Below are positions 25,815-38,600 of a DNA stretch of 64,000 bases, piece by piece. The notes beneath the pieces were generated by a model. That model did no database searches, had not been told where the DNA came from, and saw only the letters and a program-made list of their open reading frames with translations. The position numbers were made by a program, and so were the translations under genes. The stretch is from positions 69,316,001 to 69,380,000 of the forward strand of contig CM060733.1 of assembly GCA_030704615.1 (NCBI GenBank), given 5' to 3'. The first letter of the stretch is position 1. Each line of letters begins with the position of its first letter. The stretch is from Takakia lepidozioides. Its lineage: Eukaryota > Plantae > Bryophyta.

Positions 25815-28600
25815 TTATGTAGCTTTGATTACATGTCTAATCAACTTGAAAATCATCATCTGGTGCTTCTTCATCCTCATCAAGCTGCAAGTCTTCTTGG
25901 TCATCGGAGTCATCGTCATAAATGGCCCGGCCCTCAAAAAGCACCTCCGAATCATCCTCCACCTTGTTGTCAATGGCCGTGTCTTCATCTCTTTGTCCAA
26001 CATCCGTATCTTCTGGAGCTTCATCATATAAGGTCCGGGATGCATTCTCCGGGGAGTCACCATCCTCTTCTACCCCCTCTACCCAAGCTCCATCATCAGC
26101 ATCGTTATGACCAGTCTCTCCCTCCACCGCAATTGCCCCACCCCATAGAGATCCGAGACCATGATAGATACGTCTTCTTCTTGGCTGAGCATGCACAATC
26201 ACCTTCCAATTTCCCCCTCTTGTTTTGTCATCGGAGAAGAAAACTTGCTCCATGTCTGAAGGCCATGAAAAATGCTCATCGGAGGGATGATAAGTAGGGT
26301 TGAGTCTATCTGCATTGACGCGCATGAAACCACAATCATCTTGCACTAGTGTCGTGGAGGGCCCCACAAGATGTGGCTGGAACCACCTTCCCTTGAAGAG
26401 AAGAGGCCGGTACCTTGTACTGAAGTTGGAGTATGCTCTCAAGCTCTCCAATGTACTCAAGTTTGCTCATAGTAGGTCGTGTATCTCCCTTGCCCCACAC
26501 GGAGTCTTGCCAATATATGGCACACAAGCCAAAATCAAAGGTTGTTTTGCGCTTCATGTCAAGAGCACGAATGTGGAAATGACCAAACCGCCATGTATGA
26601 GGTCGCGAATTGAGAAGGGCCCCTTGCAATGTCTTGCACCAAATCTGAAACCACCTCACCTTGAGCAACGACGTCATAAACTGAAGTCCGAAGCCACTGT
26701 TGGAATGAACTTAGAGGCTGCAATTCCATGGGCAAATTTTGTGAAGGAACATTCCGGCGGCCCGCTCCTCGTTGAGGGCGTCTAGTAACCGGCCTTGGAT
26801 GAACGGGGTCAGCAATCAAAGCCTCTTCCACTAAGTGCACTACCAAGTGCACTTGGATGTCAAAGAAGGAGGGAGGAAGGTTCATCTCCAATATACACAT
26901 TACCTCCGCCGCCTCCTTCTTCATGCGTGGAAAATCCGCTTCTTCTAACTCTTTGGAGCAAATCAACTGAAACAAGCCTCCCAATCTGTAGATTGTCTCG
27001 CGAACCTCGGGAGTCAATGTCCCACGTACTGCAATGGGCAAGATGTCTTGTAATATATTATGGTAGTCGTGAGACTTCAAACCATGGACAGTGTCTTCGC
27101 TGAATTTTGTACGGAGGGATGATCCATACCCAGTTGGTGTCCAGATAGCACCTATGGTGGCTTTCACTTTGTTGTATTCCTTCGTCCATTGCCAAGGTGC
27201 GCGTCTATACTTCCACCGTACAACACCTTTTGGGTCCACACCATTTTGTTCGGCCCCTAGATGGCGCATGCGGCCTGCTCCTCAAGCTCATTTCTAACAC
27301 TGAGAGAGTAGCCACTCCCTTCTTTGCCGGCGTGCCATGAAGAACCCGGAAAATGGACGAACAGACATTCTTCTCAATATGCATGGGTTCTAGAAGATGG
27401 CGAATCTTTAGGTCCTACATATATCCCCACCCACAAACACTTACACAAATATTTTGACGTGAAAGTGACAATGTAATTCATACAAAATGTGCAATATCAC
27501 ATGCATGCATAAGGATATTGATGGTGTTCTTGTGGAATATGTACCGCCTAATATGACAACTCGTAGAAGATTGAAAGTCGCTTCATGTCGGGCACGTCCA
27601 CTTCACCGACCGTGTCCGCATGGGCCTCATTCCATCGGTCCTCCCAAAACTGCCCGGATGGTGTCACAGGGGGGGGGGGGGGGGGGACGTACTTCCTCTT
27701 TGCCATCAAATAAGTGTTTTTCTCTTCTTCTCCATTGATGGCTCATAGGAAGAAAGTTGCGATAGTTGGGATACACCATCTTGTGAAGATGGCGGGAGCT
27801 ATGTGCATCAAGATCATCGCCACAATGCAAGCATGCATGGTACCCTTTGGTGCTTAGCCCCAAGCAAACAGTTAGTCATGTACTACACATCCCGCCACAT
27901 TAGTAAAGACAAAAAGTTGTCATGTGCATGGCCCATAATGCCATCTACCCCACTACGGTGCACAAGACTGTCGCCGCTACTTCAATCAATCCCAATCCTC
28001 ATCGATATTATCCGGCATTGACAAGTGAATGTATGCGGGCTGTTCATGGGGAACATAATATACCTGGATAATCATGCATTGTCCAAAGCAAGATGCCTCT
28101 CATCTGAAAAGATTGTCCGGCCATAGGGTCAAGTGAAGCATCCAATGCCGGGACCCCCTCCATAGCTCCTTAAGTTCATCAACAAGAGGTCACACGTACG
28201 TGTCCATGTTTGCCACTTGTTTTTTCCCTATGAGACATTCACATCATTGTTTCAATGCTCCACCAATATGCAAATTATACTACAAAATGAATTACACGTC
28301 TTACTCCATGATTATGTCACTCATCAATCTTGCATCCGAATTGCGCCAGAGATCAGAAGTTTAATGTAAAGTCCAAGGGAATAATAAACATGAATGAGAA
28401 CACTCACCTGGCACAATATGATATGGTTTTTTTATTTATTGAAAGATACGGAGGGATGTTGTAATTTACCATGGTCACCGGCCAAGTGGAATGACTACAT
28501 GATTGGACAGACAATGGGTTGACCCCATCTGAGGAGAAGCCGAGGTGGACATGTCGTGGTTCTCTCCGTTAAAAGTACTCTGGGTTCGTCCCTCACCGTC
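25815..28600 (-). pseudogene. CACTA transposase (Transposase_21 / DUF4218 / DUF4216), spliced and decayed
   Basis: PLVDELKELW, LLWTMHDYPG, KGYHACLHC, RNFLPMSHQWR, MHIEKNV, GLKSHDYH, PPSFFDIQVHLVVHL, QDDCGF, QVFFSDD..NWKVI. Confidence 0.9.
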
Positions 28601-29249
28601 AAGTGTGTTTGCCTTATGGCCCCACAGGGGTTTATTTTTTCCCCTCACATAATAAAATATCAAGATTTCAAAAAACAAATCATTTTAAATTCGATTTAAT
28701 TCAAAATTGGTTCAAGGGTGAGTGCATGGTTGGGGAGGCAAATGTTTTTTTTTATTTTTTATTTTTATTTTTAGGCAAATGTTTTTTTTTCTGCTGGATC
28801 TTTGCACAGGTGTTGCACACATATTTAAGCACATGTAGGAAAAAATGAAGCTTGAGCCATATCCATTTGATGGGTGCAATGGCATGAGAGGATTTTCTTT
28901 CACATTAATAAACAAAAATTGGTTGATAGGATGAACGCGTCCTTGGGGGGGCAAATGATTTTGTTTGGGTTTGAAACTTTGCATGCGTGACGTTGCGCAT
29001 ATACATGTAATTATTGAATGACATATTTGATGCATGCACACATTGAAGGTTGTTGTTTGCATTTCGCTTATAATAAGTTGTATGGTTACAAGGACACATT
29101 ATAATATATGCCCGTATGTTCATTTGTTCGTATCAGGACTTTGTCCCTCCCTTCCCGGTCCTTTCTCTTGGCACCCCATTAGAAAACAACCCAAGTACAT
29201 CAGGTGGGAGCCGTGGGCGAGACGCCGCCCCCACGGTACCGAACGATGA

Positions 29250-29756
29250 TAACGATGACAGTGACAGTGACAACAATAATTAGCATGGAATTAACCAGGA
29301 GGATGTGCAAGCCATGGAAGATCTCTTAATGCATCATGTGGGCCCTGATGCATCCCATGGAGAGGGAACCCGACCAATCGATGATCCTGAAGTGGCCCCC
29401 TCAAATGACATGGAGAGGGAGGCGAGAACTCCCTTGTACGAAGGGGCAAAAGTGAGTCGAAATTCAACAATCTTACTTTTGCTCAATCTTCAAATTTGAT
29501 TTGGCATAAGTAATGTTGGGATGTTTGCCATAATGCAAACTATATCCTTGCTCCACACTTGAAACCCAAGATGCCACGGTCGCGGAAAGAGGCGCGCGAA
29601 GTCGTGGACTCTGTGGGGATGGGCTATAAGATTTTTCATGCATGTCCATGTGATAAAACCCTATACTACGGAGAGGATTCGCGTCTCACCAAGTGGCCAA
29701 AGTGCAAGAAAAACCGATATCGGGATGATGTCCAAGGGAAAAAAGTACCACGCAAT
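29250..29756 (+). pseudogene. CACTA transposase N-terminal exon, opposite strand to the other CACTA pieces
   Basis: ARTPLYEGAKVS...LLLLNLQ; MPRSRKEA..V...GMGYKIFHACPCDKTLY...PKCKKNRY...KKVPRN|gtataag. Confidence 0.85.
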
Positions 29757-29812
29757 GTATAAGCGTCATTCCCCCCCGCATGGAAATTACTTTCTTTAAT
29801 CTTCTCAATGCA

Positions 29813-30670
29813 TGTAAAGTGTATTCCACAAAGTTTAGGGTTTAGAGAGTAGTACTCATGCAATATCTGATTGTGGTTTTGGAAGGAGTGAGTGAGGAGT
29901 GGAAGGAGCGACGTTCGGTTTTGACCATCCACGCCCAAATGAGGGAGAGGCTGCATAAAGGGAAAGACATAAGGGTGTTGTATTATGTGTGCTAATGGGA
30001 TGATTACATGTGGGGCCCAAAGTGTGCGAGGGTCTTGTGGAGGAGCAAGGGAGAGACCGTTATGCCCCAGTGAGCAGCCAAAGCTCCGAGTTGGCCCGGC
30101 GGCCAGTTTGGGAGTTAGGCGCACGCATCAAAGCGAGTAACTATGACTTAAAGGGGTAGTTACTTGGACTCTGGACACTCTGGACACTCTGGACACTTGG
30201 TATCAAAGCTTAGAGTTCAATATGCGATCGTCCTTGAGATCGGCCTCACCATGGGGTCCGGCAAGACCAAGTGAAAGCGGAATGACCCGAAAGCCGATGA
30301 TTTTGGTGAGCCCGGTGGGGGCGATGCGTCACCGGAGCGGCGACTGGAAGAGACAATTTATGCTTCTGAAAAAAAGACCACTTGGGATCGAGAGGAATCT
30401 GAGGAGCCAGAGCCCGAGGACTTTCCAAAGGCTCCGCTAGGCCAACAGATGCCTCCAATGCCAGCAGCTTTTTGAGAAGGGCTTTTGGCGCAATTTGGCG
30501 GGACACTGAAGGACGTGATGTCGAAAGCGGCCAACGCCACTTCCACTAAGGCGAAGTTTAAGGTAAAGCCTAAGGAACCCGGCACCTTCGAGGGCATCCA
30601 AAATTGGAAGGCACTCAATATCTGGCTCATGGAGCTAGAGCAGTACTTCAGGGCGGCCAAGTTGACCGCC
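29813..30670 (+). mobile_element. Chromovirus-type Gypsy fragment: LTR (~29813-30195), tRNA-iMet PBS (30198-30209) and gag start
   Basis: TGGTATCAAAGC after ...GGACA; KVKPKEPGTFEG...LNIWLMELEQYF. The LTR left end is approximate. Confidence 0.7.
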
Positions 30671-31419
30671 CTCCACGAGCTTAACTTGGTCTGCAAGGCC
30701 CCATGCAAACCTCCACAAGGTACGCCAGTGCCTCCTTATGTCCACCAGCCATTCCTCAAAATGGAACCACCTCAGGGAACCACGCCATCCGCTGAAGGTT
30801 AAAAAATAGAGCAAATAGAGGTACATATAGGCCTCTACAACAATCTGTCCAAAGGAATTACGTGCAGGGTGGTCTCCCCCATAGTTAAGAACTAGACTGA
30901 AAAACCCTGCCACTGAGTCATAGGTTGTCCAGAGTCCCCTCGAGTTGTCCCGCACCGCTAACAAGTCCACGCTTCTCCATTTGAAGTCGTCCTGACCTGT
31001 TGTCGTTCCGATGCAGCCGTTTGCTTTGTTGCCATATTTCATCACTGTACATGTCGCTTCCACCAATTGCCAAGCTCATTGCCGTGTGTTCCTACTGGAC
31101 TTGAAAGGCGGAAGAAAAGAGAGATCGCACTCTGGGACTGGAACAGTCGTCCTATAATGTTTGAACATGATTACCTTGTCGTTTCTGGTACCGAATTGGT
31201 AGCCTAACCTGCTGTCGATGCAGCTTCCTACGGTCATCTTGACGCCAGAGCTCCTCTCCATGGTCGCGCAGACACTGTCTAATTTCCTACGTGCTTCACC
31301 AACGATTTCCAGATAACTAACAAACTAACATGTTTTGGCAGTACAATGCCGAAACCGCTTGTCTTATGATAAAAAATGATCTGAAAAGAAAAGCATACCA
31401 ATATATGCATCTACATATA

Positions 31420-32026
31420 TGGCGACCAATGGGGAACACTCGTCCCGAGTGTAAGAGAATCTAGGATCTCTGGTTCGTAAAATCCCCCTACTCTAGGGTA
31501 TCCGTGATATCCCTTGGAGTCAACGACTCCCTTGAGTTATATGAAAATGATGAAGAATAATTCCCCTTAGGCTCTTCCTCTTTGGAGAGAGTTCGAGTCT
31601 TCCGAGAGAGAGGAAGAAAAATAAAAAGCAAAAGCCAAAAATTGTTTCAAAACCACCCAACTCGCCCTCTTTGGAGAGAGTTGGAGTTCCCAGATAAGAA
31701 ATACTTCAAAACCGCCATTCTCCCCCACCGGACTGGGTTTGAATCCCCTGGATGATGTAAGAGAGATATGCGCGATGCAAATTGATGATTCTACTATAAA
31801 ATAGCCTTGGAAATACTTTCGTTGTACACTACTTGACATGGCTTGCACGGACCTCTCCTGGTTATGCAAAGCTCATGATAAATCGCTCAATGTGAACTAC
31901 GACCTCGACTCGAATCCAGAAGGGTCTAAAAAGCTCATAAACAGGATGCTTCTGGGAATACTACCGAGTGACTCCCATGTCAACAGAAAAGATTTGATAC
32001 CCGAGGACCCTACTGACGAGCCCTGA
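31420..32026 (+). mobile_element. PBS and 5' internal region (decayed leader ORF) of another Tat/Ogre-like element
   Basis: ...CTACA-TATA-TGGCGACCAATGGGGA, similar to the PBS at 2736; broken ORF ending ...DLIPEDPTDEP*. Confidence 0.5.
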
Positions 32027-33987
32027 GCGCGCGCGGAGCGCGCGCGGTCAGGGTGACGGCATATTAGCTAGGGGGGTCGTGGTAAGTTGCGATGTAGGTT
32101 GGGCTCACTGAACCGCCTACCCGACTGCGGTTAGTGCAGGGGGTCCGTGGTCGTACATGATGACTATGATCACTATCTAAGTCCTACCGGCAAAGAGAAG
32201 TTACGTACTCATCTTCATAGGGCGAGTTTGCGTTTCTAAGTCCTACTGTATTCTACAATTTACTCAGTAACTGCCTTCCAAGTCTTTTGTTTTATTGTCT
32301 AATTCCTACCTCCTAGGCCCCCGAGCCGCCTATAGCCGAGATGTGTTTTAATCCCTTCACAAGGCACCTGCCGAGCCTAGGAAGAAGAGGGAAAATCTTC
32401 CTCTCCCAATGCCCCTCCTTCACCGAGTGTCTGAGTTCAAGTCGCTTCTGATGGAAGGGCCAATGTTCCCTAACCCAGTGCCTAAATACTTTGTTTTAGC
32501 AAGGGAGGGGCCAAAATACCTATCATAATCCAATAGGTTCACCAAGTTCAATAAGATGACTCTAAGCCCCTTAAATCAATAAGTTCAATCAGTTTAATAA
32601 ACGCCCCTCAGGCTATAAATTGCACCACGTGCATCTATCCAATTTAAACAATTTCGCACATCAAAAATGCTGGAAAATAAAAGAAATTAAGAAAAACCAG
32701 AAAAAATACCTCCCCTATGGGAAATCATGTGGGGAATCCAAAGATGCCCTTGGCGCCTAGAAATGCCCTCGGGAACCCCTTGGGAACCCAGTGAGAACCG
32801 AGGAACGCCCGAGGAACGCCCGGGAACCGTTCCCTGCCGCGGCCCTATCGGATGAATGAATCTTTCTGAGAATTCATCCCTGCCACTACATTCGTTAGTC
32901 CAGAACATGCATGCGTAAATAATAAGTAAACACTAGTGGGTCCAATGTCACCCCTTTACATTATTTTAAGGCGTTGGTGCGCTTTCCCTATGTGGAAAAA
33001 GTCATCCCCTACCTTGGGCTCTGACACAATGGCTCACTGTAGCCGAGTTTTTAGGACAGAGTACTTTCTCTCCTCCCTTGTCTCTCGAGGTCTCCGCCTC
33101 TAGCTCACAACTCACAAATCCGTTCTCTCTCTTGGAGTCATAAGAACGCTCCCCTCCAAGGCTACGTCCTCCCAAAATCCTAGATTTTATCTACCCCTGG
33201 TGCCTTAGATAAAGGCTCATAACCCCTAGAGGGGTCTAAATTGAATCTAATAGCTAAAGATAATAATACCCCCCTTTAAGGGAATTTGCAGACGCATTGC
33301 CCGCTAGGTAAAACGCCCCCGCCACGTGGTGGGGCGCAGATCCGCGCGTAGCGGTCCGAATCGTGGACCGCTGAGGTTAAAGCTGGCGTCCGCCGGTCCG
33401 TCTCAGCTTTTGGTTATCCCGCGGGTAAAGACCCGCACCCTGCTCGCATGCTTCAGGGCCTCACGCCTGAGCCACGCGGCTGATGTACTTGATCTGAGTA
33501 CGACTTAAGGTCAGCGCCGGGGCCCCGCTCCCCTTACGTCGTGGCTGGGCCACGGCTGCCTCCACGCGTTAAGTAATCGAGTGCCTATCTTATCGGCGCA
33601 GCACCCGGGCTCCTCCCGGGCTGCTTGGGACTTTGGGGTAGCTGCTGTCAAGCAAATTGAGCCCGTCCAAACCCCAAGACAAAAAAATAACAACCCACCC
33701 TTCCTAGGCCTCCATGGCTTGCTTGTGGGGGGGGGAAAATTAGTACATAGTGGCCTTATAGTGGCCTTTTATCATAGATCCAGCCTGCTGGCCTTCCTTC
33801 TCCAGAACTGGCTATATTCCAAATTAGTGGGGTTTGCTATTCTATCAGCTATCAGCCATTAGTCATCAGCCATCAGTGTGACGTGGATGCGCAAACGGTG
33901 GCCACATGGCAATATCATATTTTTTCTCGGGCTGCCCGTAATTGTATGCTTGGATTTGTGAGAAACAATAATGAAAAATGACACGGG

Positions 33988-34200
33988 ATTGTACTGACAT
34001 GCCACCTTTGGCTGCCGAAGGTGCAGGCTGAGCGGGAGAACATAAAGGTAAAAACGAAATAAATGGATGTAAAAATTAAAAATTAAAAATTATATATATA
34101 TAAATATATAAAACCAACATTGTAGTGACATGCGCCTTTGGCTGCCGAAGGTGGAGGCTGAGCGGGAGAACATAAAGGTAAAAACGAAATAAATGGATGT
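33988..34200. repeat. Direct duplication of ~82 bp (33988-34070, 34119-34200)
   Basis: TGACATG..CCTTTGGCTGCCGAAGGTG.AGGCTGAGCGGGAGAACATAAAGGTAAAAACGAAATAAATGGATGT occurs twice. Confidence 0.9.
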
Positions 34201-34425
34201 TGGGGGAAAAAAAAAAAAAAAAAAAAAAAACCAACATGAGATATGGACTTCTAACGTGGAAGAATTCTGCATGTTTTTTAGCCGTTTTAATCTCTAGCTT
34301 GGATTATCGTATGCTACGGAAATGTCCAATGATGTTGGTGAAAAATATATATATTTGTTGGACCTAAGTTGAACGAAGGTAGCTCTTCTGTCCTTGTATA
34401 AGGTACTTTTTCGCTTTTTGGAATG

Positions 34426-34655
34426 TGATCTTTTATTCAATTTCAAACTCTAAAATTTATTTTTTTCCGAGTAGGTTCGTTGGGCAGATTGAAATGTTCT
34501 TGTTCACCTTCGTTGACCTTCGTCACTGATGGAATTGTGTTGATCTTTTATTCAATTTCAAACTCTAAAATTTATTTTTTTCCGAGTAGGTTCGTTGGGC
34601 AGATTGAAATGTTCTTGTTCACCTTCGTTGACCTTCGTCACTGATGGAATTGCGT
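34426..34655. repeat. Tandem duplication, ~115-bp unit
   Basis: TGATCTTTTATTCAATTTC...CACTGATGGAATTG occurs twice, near-identical. Confidence 0.92.
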
Positions 34656-35658
34656 TGGTAACTCACAGATTAGGAGCTCTCCAAATTAATAACCAGAAAC
34701 ACCAAGATTCCTTCTTCAAACAAATCAAATACAAGCCTCTATTGGTACTCTTTCCAATAAGCTATGGGGTTCTTCCCCTTGTCAATCATAGACATGAAAA
34801 TAGTGGGATTCCACAATGCATGCTCCTCTTTTGAGGGCCTAAATCAGATTTTCAACTTCAAGCTTTGCTTGGAAAATAAATGAATCACATACATAAATGG
34901 TGAAATGGTAAGATGGGATCAACCTTTCAATGCGAGAGTGCTTGGGATGCCCTATCGACTCAAGTAATGGTACTCTATGCGGCCTTCACTTGGGCTCTCG
35001 TCCGTAAGTCCATACCAGCCCCTCCTACTCGTCCACAAGTCACTTTCCTCCACATGAAATTGCCCTCTTCCTTCACAAATGAAAATGGCTCAAAGGCCCA
35101 CAAGCTAGGTCTCTTGCCTTAGCTCTCAAGAATTCTACCTAACTAGGGAGCTTCAAGCCCCACTCCATAGGATCTAGCCCCTCCTCAAGCCAAAAACTAG
35201 CAAGCACTACCAGAGTTCATCCCCCGGATGGAAAAACGGCGCCAAATTTCCATCCGAGGGGGCTCGGATGAAGTTGTATCGGGGGAAGAGGCCTACACGT
35301 GGTTGCCAGAGTTCATCCACCGGATGTGGATGTTTTCATTCTAGATTCTCTATCCCTCAAAGCACATTTGGGCAAGTCATTTTTTCTAATTTTCTATGAA
35401 TCATGCTTTAAAAAAAATCCATAACGGCTTTTTATATGGACTATAACAAATCCTTATGGACTTGTTCAAAAGTCCATAATTTTTATCCATTTGCTTTTTT
35501 GGTTATGAGACTTGGAATAGGGTAAATATATGTAGTTGAGCCTTCATAGCTTAGTCCCTTTTCACTATCAACATTGTCATTTAGGAGTATGATAATTTAC
35601 AACTAATCAAGGTCCCAAAAAAAATAGTGTTGTGACAGCATTTTTGGTCCACCGTAGG

Positions 35659-38600
35659 CTGCAACTGCCCGAAAAACTGGTCTCACTGACCCGCACATGT
35701 TTGCTGAACTCCTGGAGCCCGAGCTCATTCAAAAAGCCATGGCTAAAACAGACCGGACATAGTATCGGCTCACTATGGATGGAATGGTAGAGGTGGTATA
35801 CGAAGTAAGTCGTCCTCCCATTTTCCTCTCCTGATCCTTCTCCAATTTCCAGTCATCTGTCCACATGGATCGTATGTAATGCTTTTGCATGTTGTTCTTT
35901 GCAGTCAAACATCAAGCTGGATTTGGCCCATGCCAAACGCTTCTTCATGGAAAGTGAGGGGCGGTCCAAAACATTGCAAACATTGACTGACCACTTGAAG
36001 GAAGCCGGGGTGAAGTCCAGAACCAGATGCAAGTCAAAGCTTGTGAAGCTGGTGGCCATTGCAAATCCGGCTCTCGGAAAGGACTTCATCCCCGAGATTG
36101 CAAAACATTATTCTCGGGCCATGCAGCCGACCATGCAGTTGGAGAAACTGCATCACCTCTCAATGGCATGTGTGGAGGCGAAAGAGAAGGTGAGGTTGCA
36201 CTACACTGAATTTCCTTTCTAGCAATAGCGACTGTACTTCCTGCTCCTAACATTGGATTGGAAATGGCAGACAAGGTGGCTGTCGATCTGGAATGCATCG
36301 GAGAGTATAAGGACCATGTGGTCTTTTCCACTCGAAGTTTCCGACTTTGTGGTGGATCTCTAGCTCAACCGCATGACTTGGTGGTTCCAGGTAATTCAAG
36401 GTACTTCCCCCCATTTCCTTTGCTGGCATGAATTCCATGAACGGCTATGTGACAATGCATGTTGTAAATGCAGGTAATGACGAATGCGAAGGAGCAAGTC
36501 ATCCTCCATACAAATTGAAGGAGCGTGGAGTATACACATCAAGAGGGGGCGGGAAAAGCAGCAATGGGAATTGTGTTCAGGTAAAGCCTAGCTTCCATTG
36601 TACATATGCAAAACCTGGGATATGAGGTTTGCCTGGGAAATGCGGCACCGCATTCACACTTTATGTTTTCGGTTACACTCTGCGAGTACATTGTTCAAAA
36701 CCATTACTCACGCATGTGGACTGTGTTGCAGGTATATGAAATAGGTGCTACTTAAGACATGGGCTTTGGCGCAAGAGCCCCCGTTTTTCATGGCTTGGAC
36801 CATGCCGAGCGCAAGCTGTGTCTACACACCAGAGATGCAGAAACAATGGCATGCCTCGCATCTCGCTGGATGCCCCTGGTACCTGGACATGTCTGGCGGA
36901 CTTGTTGACGAATCGGAGAAAGAGCTGCACGCAAAAGTGGAGGAGAACAGAAGAGAAAGACGTGTCCCTGGTGGGCCTGAAAAGACAAAGGATGCTGCTG
37001 CTCTGGAAGAATCCAGAAAGGCAGCTGAGTTGGCACATAAGATGGTGTTGTGCAGGCTCAAGAGAAGGGGTCAAAGAAGAGGACTTGCCAACAAGGAGCA
37101 GCAGTTGTGACACCCAAGAAGACGAAGAAGCAGAAACAGAAAGAGCAGGAAGAGGGTGAAGAGGGCTCCGATGGAGACTTTGCAACCAGCCCACCCGGAG
37201 AAATGCAGCCTAAATCCCATGCGGCCACCGTTGTCACGAAAGGGACGAGAACAGGCTCAGCAAAGAAGGCACTCTTCAACCCCCCGGGGGGGGCACCCTT
37301 TCAAGCTGGTGGAAATGAAGAGGCCGAAAGTGGAGCCAGAAACAGTAGTACAGTGTGTGAATGAGAGTTTCTTGGCGGCTTTGGATGGGCGGGCAGCCAA
37401 GTTGGCATCAGGTCCATGGAGGGGCTGAAAGGCAGAGCACAGACGAAGGCAGCTGCTGAAGAGCCTTCCGACACCCCTGGGTTTTTAAAGATGGTCTCGT
37501 TCTTTGAGAAGGTGTGTGCAGGGAAGGATTGCAGGAGGGAAACAGACCGAGTGGTCTTGCGATATGATCATCTTGGATATTCCGGATGGAGAGCCTGTGG
37601 AAAGACTGCATGTTGTGCCGTCTTGGAACAGGTACTCCGAGGACTTTTGGAAAAAATGATTTAAGCTCGCCCGCATGGTGTTGGACGACAGAGGGTGTGT
37701 GGTTGTCCTTGCGAGCAGAGGCAAAAACACAAAGGCAGGAATTGCGAAGTGGACCCGCAAGAGTGTCGTCCCAATTCTGAAGAAGAAGTGGACCTGCATC
37801 AACACATTGGGCCTTAGCTCGGAAGGGAAGATGGTAATTACCACATTGGCAATTGTGATTGCATTTTCTAAGCTGTTTTGAAATGTGGTGCTGAATTCGA
37901 ATTCTAATCGTTCTCCACTGTGTCTGCAGACGAAGCAGTTCGATGCATACTGCTTTGTCACTTCAATGGATCCCCTGCGGTATTCACGACTCGGAGCCCT
38001 GCCTTCATCCATACCATTATGGAGGCATGCACTGACTTGGAGGGCAGAGTGCTGGACCTCATCTGTGGAACATGTATGCAAATTTTGGGATTATGTTGTT
38101 ATGCGAATTTTCATTATGTTCAGATTCTCTATTTCTGAAGGGCCATGTGTGCATAATGAGTGGATGCCATTCTCACAGGTGCCTCAATGTGGGCTGGGCT
38201 GTTTGCTTACGAGGAGGACACATCCGTGTGGGGATCCCATCTGGAAGGGCTTCAACAAAATGTGAAGGCTCCCATCGCAGCCACTGACTCCTCGGAGGAT
38301 TCCTCGGACTCAGAGGAAGAGACAGTCGACATTGATGCTGAGGAGAACCCGGAAATAAGAGTGAGTGAAATTTGTAAGTTTGCAAAGCCTTCTGGGTCAT
38401 TCTTTCTTTCACGTGAATGTCGGATTGTGTTTCTCATTGGTCTGGGGAAGTGATTATTATGTGCAGGATTCCAAGATCTGCGTCGAAACCAGTGGCGCCT
38501 ACATTTCTTGCCAGGGAGAATGTCCCGTTCATTGCGAGGTCGGACTTCATGAAGAGCCCAGTGAAGGACTACTCCCTTCCTAGTTATGCAGCTAAGCTTG

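Noticed and set aside
32013-32075. Functional hammerhead ribozyme as an annotated feature
   Set aside because: Core GAAA and stem III/UH site not present; kept only as a low-level finding.
33017-33030. Minus-strand tRNA-Met PBS (GCTCTGACACAA)
   Set aside because: Two mismatches including the TGG, and no adjacent CA LTR end or gag.
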